Virus record (IMG/VR): IMGVR_UViG_3300023174_000178
Location: 1-60,979 of that record
DNA: 60,979 nt
Reading direction: 5' to 3' (one strand)
Source of the DNA: a virus
Taxonomy: Duplodnaviria > Caudoviricetes
How positions within the stretch are numbered: position 1 is the first letter of the stretch; each line of letters starts with the position of its first letter. The notes below the pieces were generated by a model. It worked only from the letters and a program-made list of their open reading frames with translations. It was not told the origin of the DNA and ran no database searches. Positions 8,610-18,454 of this stretch are shown piece after piece. The position numbers and the translations under genes are program-made.

Positions 8610-10489
8610 TGGCAGCAAATTCCAGTATAGTCCTTACACAGTTAGACTTTGATTCCTATAAGGATTCGTTGAAGACTTTTCTCAAATCTCAGGACAGATT
8701 TAAAGATTACGATTTTGACGGAAGTAACCTTTCGGTTCTTCTTGACGTGCTTTCATATAACACTTATCAGAACGCGTTCTACCTGAATATGATCAGCAAC
8801 GAGATGTTTCTCGATTCTGCTAAGCTGCGTGATAGCGTTGTTTCACATGCCAAAGAATTAAACTATCTTCCAAGATCTTTTAGATCATCGTCGGCTGTGA
8901 TTAAACTTGTTATCACTTCTTCAGATACTGCAAAGAGATCAATCGTCATTCCGAAGGGCACAACGTTTACTTCTCGCGTTGATGACTTTACTTATAACTT
9001 TAGTACTACTGAAAACTATGTAATTACGAAAAGAACACCAGTAGGAACAAATTTAGTATATGAGAGTGAAGCTATTCGAGTATACGAAGGCAACTATCTC
9101 AGCGATACCTATACTGTAAACTATGATAGGCCGCTTATCTATAAGATTAGTAACAAAAGAGTGGATCTTGAAAGCTTGTTAGTTACAGTCTTCGAAGATA
9201 ACGGTACGACTGTTCAAACTTACAAGAGAGCGACATCGCTATTCGGTCATGACGGAAATTCAAAAGTATTTTTCTTGCAACCAGGGCTTGGAGATGCATA
9301 TGAAGTTGTTTTCGGCGATGGAGTTGTTGGAAGAAAGCCAAAGAACAACTCTGCAGTAATTATCGAATATCGCGTATGTACTGGCGAACTTCCGAATGGT
9401 GCATTCAAGTTTATCAACACTGCGCGTATCGACAATGAGCCAAATGTTGTCATTGAAACTATTACTGCGGCCGCAGACGGTGCAGTTGCAGAAGATCTTA
9501 GCTCGATTAAGTATAATGCTCCTCGCGCATTCACTACACAAGAACGTGCAGTCACTTCAGAAGATTATGAGAACCTGCTCAAAGCAAACTTCCCTGAAAT
9601 TAACGCAGTAGTTGCATATGGCGGAGAAGATGCCAATCCTCCTCAATACGGCAGAATCTTTCTGTCGATCGATCTCGATGAGATCGACGGTCTACCAAAG
9701 ATTAAAGAAGCTGAATATAAAAAGTTTTTAAGATCGCGATCTTCTGTTGCTATCGAACCGCTCTTTGTTTCTCCTGATTACACGTATCTGTATGTCAATA
9801 CAAAGATCAAATACAATATCAACCTGACAGGTTTGAATCCAGAAGATATTCGCACAAACGTTATCGATTCTATTCTAAACCACGCTTCTGTCAATCTCAA
9901 TAATTTTGGCCGTACACTACGCTACTCAAGATTTATTCGTGATGTCGATGCTGCGGAAAATAGTATCATTAGTAACGAAACTCAGGTTGAACTCGTTAAA
10001 TATCTGACTCCTGTGCTAAGTACGACAGTGACTTCTACTCCTACATCAACGTCTGGTTCACTCGTATCATTGGCAACTTCGGGTGTAATTTCTTCTGGTC
10101 AGAATGTAACGATTGACTTTAAAAATCCTTTAAGAAACGATATTCCAGGAAAAAGCGCGGAACACCTTATCGGCGATATTCATGTCGTAAGTTCTTCGAC
10201 ATTCACGTATAACGGATTGCCAAACTGTCGACTTGAAGATAACGGCGATGGCATCATGCGTATTATCAATACATCTGGAACACAGCACAGAACCATTCTT
10301 GATATTGGTACTGTTGACTATGAAACTGGTATCGTCAGAATCAACAATTTTAATATTACTAATTACACTGGCACTTCTCTTAAAATCTATGCCAAACCAC
10401 GTAATCTTGACATTACTTCTTCACAGAACGTAATACTCAATATTCTTGAAAATGACGTCGACGTCACAATTGAACAGATCAGAGAATAA
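8609..10489 (+). CDS. gp6: Baseplate wedge subunit
   Basis: LDFD...F.DYDFDGSNLSVLLDVLSYNT...NEMFLDSA..R.SVVSHAK; FGDGVVG; IKYNAP..F.TQERAVT.EDY. Confidence 0.95.
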   Translation: MAANSSIVLTQLDFDSYKDSLKTFLKSQDRFKDYDFDGSNLSVLLDVLSYNTYQNAFYLNMISNEMFLDSAKLRDSVVSHAKELNYLPRSFRSSSAVIKLVITSSDTAKRSIVIPKGTTFTSRVDDFTYNFSTTENYVITKRTPVGTNLVYESEAIRVYEGNYLSDTYTVNYDRPLIYKISNKRVDLESLLVTVFEDNGTTVQTYKRATSLFGHDGNSKVFFLQPGLGDAYEVVFGDGVVGRKPKNNSAVIIEYRVCTGELPNGAFKFINTARIDNEPNVVIETITAAADGAVAEDLSSIKYNAPRAFTTQERAVTSEDYENLLKANFPEINAVVAYGGEDANPPQYGRIFLSIDLDEIDGLPKIKEAEYKKFLRSRSSVAIEPLFVSPDYTYLYVNTKIKYNINLTGLNPEDIRTNVIDSILNHASVNLNNFGRTLRYSRFIRDVDAAENSIISNETQVELVKYLTPVLSTTVTSTPTSTSGSLVSLATSGVISSGQNVTIDFKNPLRNDIPGKSAEHLIGDIHVVSSSTFTYNGLPNCRLEDNGDGIMRIINTSGTQHRTILDIGTVDYETGIVRINNFNITNYTGTSLKIYAKPRNLDITSSQNVILNILENDVDVTIEQIRE

Positions 10490-13400
10490 TGAAGAATATA
10501 GAAAAAAGAATATCTCCGTTAATTCAGAGTCAATTTCCTTCTTTTTACCAAGAAGAGGGAGAGAACTTCATTGCGTTTACTCGAGCTTATTACGAGTGGT
10601 TAGAATCGACTAACAATCCTTTATATCATTCTCGTCGACTGCCGAGTTACAGAGATATTGACGAGACTACAGACGACTTTATCGTTCACTTCAAAGAGAA
10701 GTATCTGAAGAACATTCAGTTCGATACTGCCACAAATAAGAAGCTTCTTGTCAAGAACTCACTCGATCTGTATCGAGCAAAGGGCACAGAACGTTCCATT
10801 GATCTCTTCTTTAAACTTGTATATGGTACAGCTGCTGAAGTACAATATCCCGCAGAAAAGATCTTTCGTCTTTCAGATGGTGTGTACGAGAAACCAGAAT
10901 ATCTTGAAATCGGATACTCGATTTATAATATCGACTATGTCGGTAAGCAAGTTATAGGTCAACTTTCAGGTGCGAAAGCTTTCGTTGAGAAGTACATTCG
11001 CAGAAGAGTCGGCAAAGGTTTCGTTAACCTACTTTATATTTCTGGAAGACAAGGTGAATTTCGCAACGGCGAAGTCATCGGTCTGAATATCAATAATGAA
11101 CCCGTATTCGATATTACCAAAAGATCAAAACTCGTAGGATCTGTAAAAAGAGTTACAGTTCAGACACGCGGCCGAGATTTTAATGTTGGAGACATCGTAA
11201 GATTTACGAACAGTGATCGCGGCCTCGGTGGTTTAGCACGAGTAGAATCTACGAATTCGGCAGCTGGTCTCGTAGATTTCATTTTTGTAGACGGCGGATA
11301 TGGATATACTCTTAATGCCGAATCGATCGTCTCTGAGAAAGTATTAAACCTGAATGAAGTGACGGCTGATTTTACTGCTGAAAACTATTACCGACTGTTC
11401 GAACGTGGTGTTCAACCTGTAGTCAATATCGGATACAGTGCGGCCACATCAAACGTTTCAGTTGGCAACACAGTATACCGTTATGCAGCAAATGGTATGC
11501 TTGCTGCACAAGGAAGAGTACTCGAAGTTGCTCCTTCTTCAAATACAAATGGTTTTATCTCGGTATCACATACTTCAGGTGTATTCGTTCCGTCTGCCAC
11601 CTATTATACTGGAACGAATAATACAGGAATAAGCTTTACGGCAAGTACACTGACAGACAAGTCAATGTCTGGTAAGTTTATGAATGTGCCTACGGATTAT
11701 GCTGTTATTATTACTGCACCTTCTTCTACATTTATGGTAGGTGATATAGTACAGCAACAGAATGCAGGATATATTACTGCTTCTGGTACAGTGGCAAATG
11801 TGATCCAGCTAGAAGGCGAAGTACAACTTACTCTTACCAATGCTCGCGGTGCTTTCAAGAACAGTAAGCGCATGGCGGATTGGGATTACAAGGTTGGAAC
11901 AGGCACAATCACTACAACTACTACTAGCAACGTAGTCACTGGAACATCTACTGCTTTTAATAATAACTACATTAACTCTACGCTTTATGTCACAGGCAAC
12001 GTGGCGATTGGTAACGTAGTCAGTGTAACAAATTCAACTTCTCTTGTGCTTTCGACAAATGCTTCGACCGCTGTCACTGGCAGTGCTCATAACTACGGTT
12101 TAACTTATAAGCTTATTAATCAAACCAACAATCAAATCTTTGCGAATGTCAGTTACGTAAATCTGAACGCTGGTTTATATGACATCAAGAAGCAAGTTCA
12201 TGTCATACAGTTTGATACTTGCTCTTCGAATAACATTACCTTTGCGAATAACATCTACATCTACAATAGCGCGAATGCGATTGTTGCTGAAGGTACGGTG
12301 ATCACTGCTAACTATGCTTCAGGATCAAACAGCGGAACGTTAACGTTCCTTTCTCGTAAAGGATACTGGAACGAAACCGATACGGTATACACTACTGCAA
12401 ACGCAGACAACTTTAAGATTACATCTTATTCGCTCGACATTACCGGTGGCGACTACGTTCGTTCATTCCCTTCGAAGATCGTCGCTCCGCTTTCAAATAC
12501 TACATCAAATGTCTCATCGATTAGTTTTGGTACAGGCGCAGGTTTTGGTGTAGGTACGATTGGCGAAACAGAAGTAATCTTTGTTGGTACAGATCTGATT
12601 GCTGCGAATAGCCAAGATACACTCGACTATAGTCGACTACAACTCTCTGTGACAGCGAACACTGGATTCGATGAAGGCCAAAGAGTATATCAACAGATCC
12701 GCAAGGTTTCATTCAATCCTTCGACTGCTGCAAATGCAACGACAGGATTTATTACTATTACAAATGCTAATACTTACTATGTTGCAGGTGATCGTGTTAC
12801 GTATGAAGTTGCCGCAGGAAATACAGTAATCACCGCTCTCGAAAGCGGCAAATCTTATTATGTTGCATTCTCAAATACCAGCGGATTAATTCTTTCGAGT
12901 CCTGCAAACAAATATATTCATATTAATAGCACGAGTTTCCCTGGAGAAACCTTCGCTAATACTTCATTCAATATTCCTGCGTTTGCTGCGACCAGAGTCA
13001 ACGAGTCCGGACACTTCTTATACAAGACTGCACACGGAACACTCTATGATGTGACAGGAACGAATCTATTAATCAAGGATCCTATTCGCGACTTTGGTTT
13101 CACAAACAATACTTCGACTCCTGCAAATAGCAATATCATTGTCTATGGTAATAATCTTGTGAATACTGCAATTACTGCAGTGACAGAATTATCTACGATT
13201 GCACAAGCGAATCAGGTGTTTGCTTCAGAGTTTATCTCTTCAGATGCTTTTGGATTTCCAAAGAATCCACAAGGCAACTTACTCGATAATCTGTATGCAT
13301 GTCTGACGTTTGGTAGATTTGAGATCGGGATTATTGGATCACTCAATCAGATCAATCCAGGTGAAGACTATAACGTCGATCCATTTGTTCTTGCACATCA

Positions 13401-16020
13401 GCCATACATTTCAGGTTTCGATCGTAAAGACTTTGTAATTACGTTTGAAAATGCAACAAGAAACTTTGTTGCTGGAGAAATAGTAAATCAATCTCAAGCA
13501 AATCTCAAGTTCTACGATCTGAAGGTTTCTTCTGGTGCATACAGCAACACGTATGATGCCAAGACATTTAGTTTGCAATCTCAGTACGAAGCCAACAGCG
13601 CATCGGAATTTATCTTCTATCGTAACATCACATCATCATTTAATCCTACGGACGAAGTCAATTCGAATACAGATTTTATTACAATCACTGGTAATGAGTT
13701 TGCAGCGAATGATCTTGTTCGTTACTTTACTGACACTGGAAATACTGCCGTAACAGGCCTATCAAACAACAGTTTCTACTACGTATTAACTTCTAACTCT
13801 ACGGGTGTTACTCTCACGACTCAAGCAGCGAATACACTTGCAAAAGTAAATATTACACAGAGTTCGAATGTCGCAGAGTTTAACTCAAATACTAACGTAC
13901 AGAACAGTAATAACTTCATTAACATTGCGACTGCGAATACACTATTTGCAAATGGCGGTCAAGTTAGATATGTCGTGACAGACGGCGTTGCAGCAGTTGA
14001 CGGTCTCGAAGCGAATGCTCTGTATTATGTTCGATATGCGAATAGCACTGGCTTAGCGCTTTCGGCTACAGCCGGTGGAGCCAACGTAGATTTGACAGCA
14101 GCAAATCCTGGAGGTGTTGGCCACTTCCTCAGAAGTTATAATCCTGACTTGATTGGTCATCAACTACGTAGCTATACAAACGAGTTCGCCAATGGTCAAA
14201 TTGTTCAGTATACAATTCCAAATGGTAACACTGCTATCAGCGGTTTGACAGCGAATGCTGTTTACTATGTTGTTGCTGCTAACAACGTAGGATTTAAGTT
14301 AGCTTCTACTTTAGATGGATCTGCAATTAACATCACTGCCAACTCGACAGGCGGAGAATCACATGTGATCGCAACTCTTCCAGGCTACCTACCAAAAGAT
14401 AAGTTGTTCCAGAATGTTGGAGGAAACATTGTCAATGCGACTGTTTCTTCAGTCTTCTCCAACACTCATGAAAGTGTCGTGCGTAATTATGTCAGAGTGA
14501 CTGGAAACACTGCGCCTATTACAAATAACGCTTTGCTATATTCTTATACAGTACCTACAGCAAACGGACTTATCTCGAGTGTAAGTCTTTTCGAAATTGT
14601 TTCGACTGCGAAAGCGGTTGTAAAATCGAGTAACAGTTCTCAGATGCTTGCCAAGAGAATCACGTTCGAAAACACTTGGTTGCCGAATGAACCAATGATC
14701 GGTGAAGTTTCTGGTGCCGAAGCCGACGTAATAGGTGTGACTGAAGATATCACAGAATTATATCCTATCGGATTAAATGCAGATATCACAGCAAACGTTG
14801 TGACGTCAAATGGCGAAGTCACCGCCCTTCAAGTCATCGATTCAGGTTTTGCATATTCAAATGCTGAAATCGTTGACTTTGTATCAGAAGATAATCTCAG
14901 AGCTGGTACTGCAAAGATGATTCTTGACGGCCATGGCCTTGGAATCGGATATTACAGAAGTTCGAAAGGATTCTTGTCTGACGATATCTACGTGCACGAC
15001 GGAGACTATTACCAAGAATATTCATATGAGATTCTATCGAAAATCTCGGTAGATAGATATGCTGACATGTTTAAGAAGGTCATGCACACTGCTGGAACGA
15101 AGTTCTTTGGATCTGCATTGATCGTAGAAGAAGCGGATGCTGCGCTCGCATTGTCGAGCATTTCTACTGGTCAAGAAATTCAATTTAACTCGAATGATGA
15201 CGTTTCGACTCTGAATGATACTATTCAGACAGACATCGAAGATGTTAGTTTCAAGTTTAAGGTAATGGATGTCAACAATGATACTGATCTGATATCGTTA
15301 GGGACTAATCCTTATTATACCACATTCCCACTAAATGTACATGATTATTTACAGTATACTACGTCGGAAGCGCAAACACTTGGTGTAGGAACTTCTTCAA
15401 GTCTATCGAACAACGACTACTATTACGTAGTGTTCGCGAATACAACAGGTATCAAGATCTCTGAAACAAGAGGAGGAGATGCGCTGAATCTCAATACTGT
15501 TGCAATCAGTAATACTCTGGCATTGCATACATTGACTAAGATTGTTAATCCGTTTGCAAATGGCGACTTGGTTCTTTACACCACATCGAATACGGCTGTG
15601 CAAGCAAACGTGTCTCTATCGTTTGTAACAAATGCAATTACTTCAAATACTATTAGCGTAGCAAACAATCTGTTTAGAATAGGTGATGTTGTTAAGTATA
15701 CAAAGAATGGTGGATCTGTTGCTGTCGGTCTTACAGAAGGTAACGAATATTTCATTCGAAGCGCAAACGCTACTTCAATAAAGCTTGCGAACTCTATTGG
15801 TAAAGCGGTTAGCATTTATTCTAACTCAACGGCAGAAACACACATTCTTAGAATTGAAAAACTAGCTAATAATCAAAACTATTATATTGTAAATACTACT
15901 CCAAATACGGTGAAACTATCGTTAACCGCGAATGGAAGTCCTATAAATATAACAGCAAATGGCAGCACTAGCGGAGACATCAACGCTGGTCACTTCTTGA
16001 CAAAGACGATAGAGGAATAA
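10489..16020 (+). CDS. gp7: Very large baseplate wedge initiator (gp7-like) with many inserted repeat domains
   Basis: Follows gp6; N-terminal I.SQFP.FY.E...F..F..AYYEW and DLY.AKGT.RS..LFFKL.YG; near the C-terminus GFLSDD..HDGDYYQEYSYEI...VMHTAGTK.FG. Confidence 0.75.
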   Translation: MKNIEKRISPLIQSQFPSFYQEEGENFIAFTRAYYEWLESTNNPLYHSRRLPSYRDIDETTDDFIVHFKEKYLKNIQFDTATNKKLLVKNSLDLYRAKGTERSIDLFFKLVYGTAAEVQYPAEKIFRLSDGVYEKPEYLEIGYSIYNIDYVGKQVIGQLSGAKAFVEKYIRRRVGKGFVNLLYISGRQGEFRNGEVIGLNINNEPVFDITKRSKLVGSVKRVTVQTRGRDFNVGDIVRFTNSDRGLGGLARVESTNSAAGLVDFIFVDGGYGYTLNAESIVSEKVLNLNEVTADFTAENYYRLFERGVQPVVNIGYSAATSNVSVGNTVYRYAANGMLAAQGRVLEVAPSSNTNGFISVSHTSGVFVPSATYYTGTNNTGISFTASTLTDKSMSGKFMNVPTDYAVIITAPSSTFMVGDIVQQQNAGYITASGTVANVIQLEGEVQLTLTNARGAFKNSKRMADWDYKVGTGTITTTTTSNVVTGTSTAFNNNYINSTLYVTGNVAIGNVVSVTNSTSLVLSTNASTAVTGSAHNYGLTYKLINQTNNQIFANVSYVNLNAGLYDIKKQVHVIQFDTCSSNNITFANNIYIYNSANAIVAEGTVITANYASGSNSGTLTFLSRKGYWNETDTVYTTANADNFKITSYSLDITGGDYVRSFPSKIVAPLSNTTSNVSSISFGTGAGFGVGTIGETEVIFVGTDLIAANSQDTLDYSRLQLSVTANTGFDEGQRVYQQIRKVSFNPSTAANATTGFITITNANTYYVAGDRVTYEVAAGNTVITALESGKSYYVAFSNTSGLILSSPANKYIHINSTSFPGETFANTSFNIPAFAATRVNESGHFLYKTAHGTLYDVTGTNLLIKDPIRDFGFTNNTSTPANSNIIVYGNNLVNTAITAVTELSTIAQANQVFASEFISSDAFGFPKNPQGNLLDNLYACLTFGRFEIGIIGSLNQINPGEDYNVDPFVLAHQPYISGFDRKDFVITFENATRNFVAGEIVNQSQANLKFYDLKVSSGAYSNTYDAKTFSLQSQYEANSASEFIFYRNITSSFNPTDEVNSNTDFITITGNEFAANDLVRYFTDTGNTAVTGLSNNSFYYVLTSNSTGVTLTTQAANTLAKVNITQSSNVAEFNSNTNVQNSNNFINIATANTLFANGGQVRYVVTDGVAAVDGLEANALYYVRYANSTGLALSATAGGANVDLTAANPGGVGHFLRSYNPDLIGHQLRSYTNEFANGQIVQYTIPNGNTAISGLTANAVYYVVAANNVGFKLASTLDGSAINITANSTGGESHVIATLPGYLPKDKLFQNVGGNIVNATVSSVFSNTHESVVRNYVRVTGNTAPITNNALLYSYTVPTANGLISSVSLFEIVSTAKAVVKSSNSSQMLAKRITFENTWLPNEPMIGEVSGAEADVIGVTEDITELYPIGLNADITANVVTSNGEVTALQVIDSGFAYSNAEIVDFVSEDNLRAGTAKMILDGHGLGIGYYRSSKGFLSDDIYVHDGDYYQEYSYEILSKISVDRYADMFKKVMHTAGTKFFGSALIVEEADAALALSSISTGQEIQFNSNDDVSTLNDTIQTDIEDVSFKFKVMDVNNDTDLISLGTNPYYTTFPLNVHDYLQYTTSEAQTLGVGTSSSLSNNDYYYVVFANTTGIKISETRGGDALNLNTVAISNTLALHTLTKIVNPFANGDLVLYTTSNTAVQANVSLSFVTNAITSNTISVANNLFRIGDVVKYTKNGGSVAVGLTEGNEYFIRSANATSIKLANSIGKAVSIYSNSTAETHILRIEKLANNQNYYIVNTTPNTVKLSLTANGSPINITANGSTSGDINAGHFLTKTIEE
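12706..16017 (+). repeat. About seven copies of a 70-90 aa domain in gp7, several nested inside each other
   Basis: Consensus F.....N....FI...N.FANGD.V.Y.......I.GL.....YYV..AN.TG..L..T.GG..IN.T......H.L, seen near 12706-13026, 13560-14370 (three copies) and 15175-16017 (three copies). Confidence 0.75.
15942..15949 (+). promoter_or_regulatory. Possible late promoter for gp8, inside the gp7 3' end
   Basis: Exact TATAAATA about 70 nt upstream of the gp8 start, but within coding sequence. Confidence 0.45.
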
Positions 16021-18450
16021 ATGGCAGTAACACAAAAACTCATTACGAGTAGTTTTAATGTAGCGGCAGCTGCAAACTTCATTAATAGCTTTGCTAACAA
16101 TGATTACTTTGTGTATGCCGCTCGTCATATTCCTTATGCTGGTAGTGACACGATTATTCCTGTTCCGAACAATAGTGTAAGTGATACAGATACAAATGTC
16201 TATGACAATATGATCTTCGCGAAGAGAATTTCTTCGGGTGATGTAGTTCATATGGCGAAAAAGAATTTGTGGGAATCAAATACGCACTATGCAATGTATG
16301 ATCATCTTGACGGAGATCTTGAAAATAAAAACTTCTTTATCACTGTCGACGACGATACAGAATACAATGTTTGGAAGTGCTTGTTCAACAAAAGTACTGA
16401 TACTATCAATGTAAATTCGACTGTTGCGCCTTCTCGTGTAGGCAGCGCCGCCGATCTCAATCCTGTCGAAACAGGCGATGGGTATGTATGGAAATACATG
16501 TACACCATCACAAAATCCCAGTATGAAAAGTTTGCTACTTCGCAGTACGTTCCTATCATTGCCAACACAGCTGTGATCGATGGTGCTACTCGAGGAACGA
16601 TTGAAGTCATTAAGGTGGAAGATCCTGGTGCAGGCTATGACAACTATATTGCCAGCGCCACACTCTTAACTTCAGATATTACTGTTCAAGGTATTCCTAC
16701 ATTTTATGGCGCACCTGCAACCGCAGTATCGATCGATGATTACTATCAAGGTTGTGTCATGAAAATGACTTCTGGTCTTGCTATCGGAGAATATCGTAGA
16801 ATCGTTAACTACGAAGGTACTGCTGCACAGAAGAAATTCATTCTTGATTCCTCGTTTATTAATACTCCTTCTGCTGGAGACACTTATGAAGTATATCCAT
16901 ACGCATTCGTTTGGGGAGATGGAGAAGAATCGACTCCAGCCGAAGGTATCGTATATGTCGATCCAGCTTCAACAAATTCTATCAGTAGAGTCGAGCTGCT
17001 TGCGGTAGGTGAAAACTATCGAAAGGCTGAATCATATGTTTCTGAACAGCCTGTTACTATTCCTCCGTCAATTTTCGATGAAACGTTTATTCAACTTCCA
17101 CCGGTCGTATCAAGCTCTACGTACTTTGCACCCGCATCATTGCGCCCAATCGTTTCTCCAAAGAATGGTCACGGTTCAGATCCTTACAATGAACTCTTTG
17201 CAAAAAGAATATGCATCAGCGCTAAGTTTAATAACAGCGAGAGCGGTATCATTTCAACAGAAAATGACTTTAGACAAGTAGGCGTAATTAAGAATCCGAC
17301 CTTTACAAAGGTTGATATGAATATCAATAATGTAATTGGCCCAGGTTTTTCGATTGGCGAGAAAGTCTATCAATACAGAAAACTTAAACTACACGGCAAC
17401 GTATCAATTACTTCTGCAAGCACAACTATTCAAAAGACAAACTTTGGTCTCCTTTCGACTACTGCTACTATCGTAAGCGGTGGAACAGGATACAATAGCG
17501 TTGCAAACAACCAACTCGTCTTCAACAACTCCGGAACCGATGGAACAGGAGCAGCTGGAACATTTGCAAATAACGGTTCCGGAGTTATTACATCTGTTAC
17601 AATTACGAATGCCGGTTCTGGATATACTTCAGCTCCTCTCATTACAATCAACGGAGATGCAAGCGTATCAGGATCAAACGGAGTTATTACTGTAGCTCTT
17701 AGAAATCCAGATGCTCCTACTTACAAAGATGCCTTTGAAGTTGGCGACTATGTTCTTGTTACAGACGGTTCGAACAACTATATCTCGACCGTAGCCAATG
17801 TTCCACAAGACTATCGTATTACGACTGCAAATACAAACAGCTCGTTTACGGCAGATAATTGTGAAGTATCAGCTATCGTTGTAGAAGCGAGCGGAACAGT
17901 TGCTTTCTCTGGCCCAAGTCAGATTGAATTGTCAAATGTCGCAGGAGTGTTTACTTCTGGAAGTCGTATCATCGGAGTCGGTGGTATGTCAGGAGATACA
18001 GTAGTTCCTGTGTCGGGTACGACAGCAACTATTACTGGAACGATTGAAATCAATGACAGAAATGCGAGTGCCTTCAACTACTCTCGTCAGCTAACTCGCC
18101 TTATTGGCACATTTAGTACTGGCGGTGTACCGTTCCTCGAAGACGAAGAGATTAAACAAGAAAGTTTGATTTCATACGCGCAACCTCGCGGTAGAGTCCA
18201 CCATCTCGATGAGATCGATGGTTCTGACATACTATGGATTAGTAACAAGTCAGGTATCTTCAATCTTGATCCTCGTGGAGTTAGAGATATCGCAGGCGTA
18301 GTATCTTCTGCAGAGCTTTCCCCATTATTGAATAAATACAGCGGAGACTTTGTAGTCGGTAGCGGCGAGGTTCTTTACTTAGAGAATCTTGATCCTATCG
18401 CTCGTAACGATAACAAATCAGAAATTATAAAGATAGTATTGGAGTTTTAA
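16021..18450 (+). CDS. gp8: Baseplate wedge subunit, enlarged
   Basis: MIFAKRI, YNVWKCLFN, TGDGYVWKYMYTI, GHGSDP..EL, NDFRQVG.IKNP, SGEVLYLEN..PI.R...KSE.IKIVLEF. Confidence 0.88.
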   Translation: MAVTQKLITSSFNVAAAANFINSFANNDYFVYAARHIPYAGSDTIIPVPNNSVSDTDTNVYDNMIFAKRISSGDVVHMAKKNLWESNTHYAMYDHLDGDLENKNFFITVDDDTEYNVWKCLFNKSTDTINVNSTVAPSRVGSAADLNPVETGDGYVWKYMYTITKSQYEKFATSQYVPIIANTAVIDGATRGTIEVIKVEDPGAGYDNYIASATLLTSDITVQGIPTFYGAPATAVSIDDYYQGCVMKMTSGLAIGEYRRIVNYEGTAAQKKFILDSSFINTPSAGDTYEVYPYAFVWGDGEESTPAEGIVYVDPASTNSISRVELLAVGENYRKAESYVSEQPVTIPPSIFDETFIQLPPVVSSSTYFAPASLRPIVSPKNGHGSDPYNELFAKRICISAKFNNSESGIISTENDFRQVGVIKNPTFTKVDMNINNVIGPGFSIGEKVYQYRKLKLHGNVSITSASTTIQKTNFGLLSTTATIVSGGTGYNSVANNQLVFNNSGTDGTGAAGTFANNGSGVITSVTITNAGSGYTSAPLITINGDASVSGSNGVITVALRNPDAPTYKDAFEVGDYVLVTDGSNNYISTVANVPQDYRITTANTNSSFTADNCEVSAIVVEASGTVAFSGPSQIELSNVAGVFTSGSRIIGVGGMSGDTVVPVSGTTATITGTIEINDRNASAFNYSRQLTRLIGTFSTGGVPFLEDEEIKQESLISYAQPRGRVHHLDEIDGSDILWISNKSGIFNLDPRGVRDIAGVVSSAELSPLLNKYSGDFVVGSGEVLYLENLDPIARNDNKSEIIKIVLEF

Positions 18451-18454
18451 TTAA

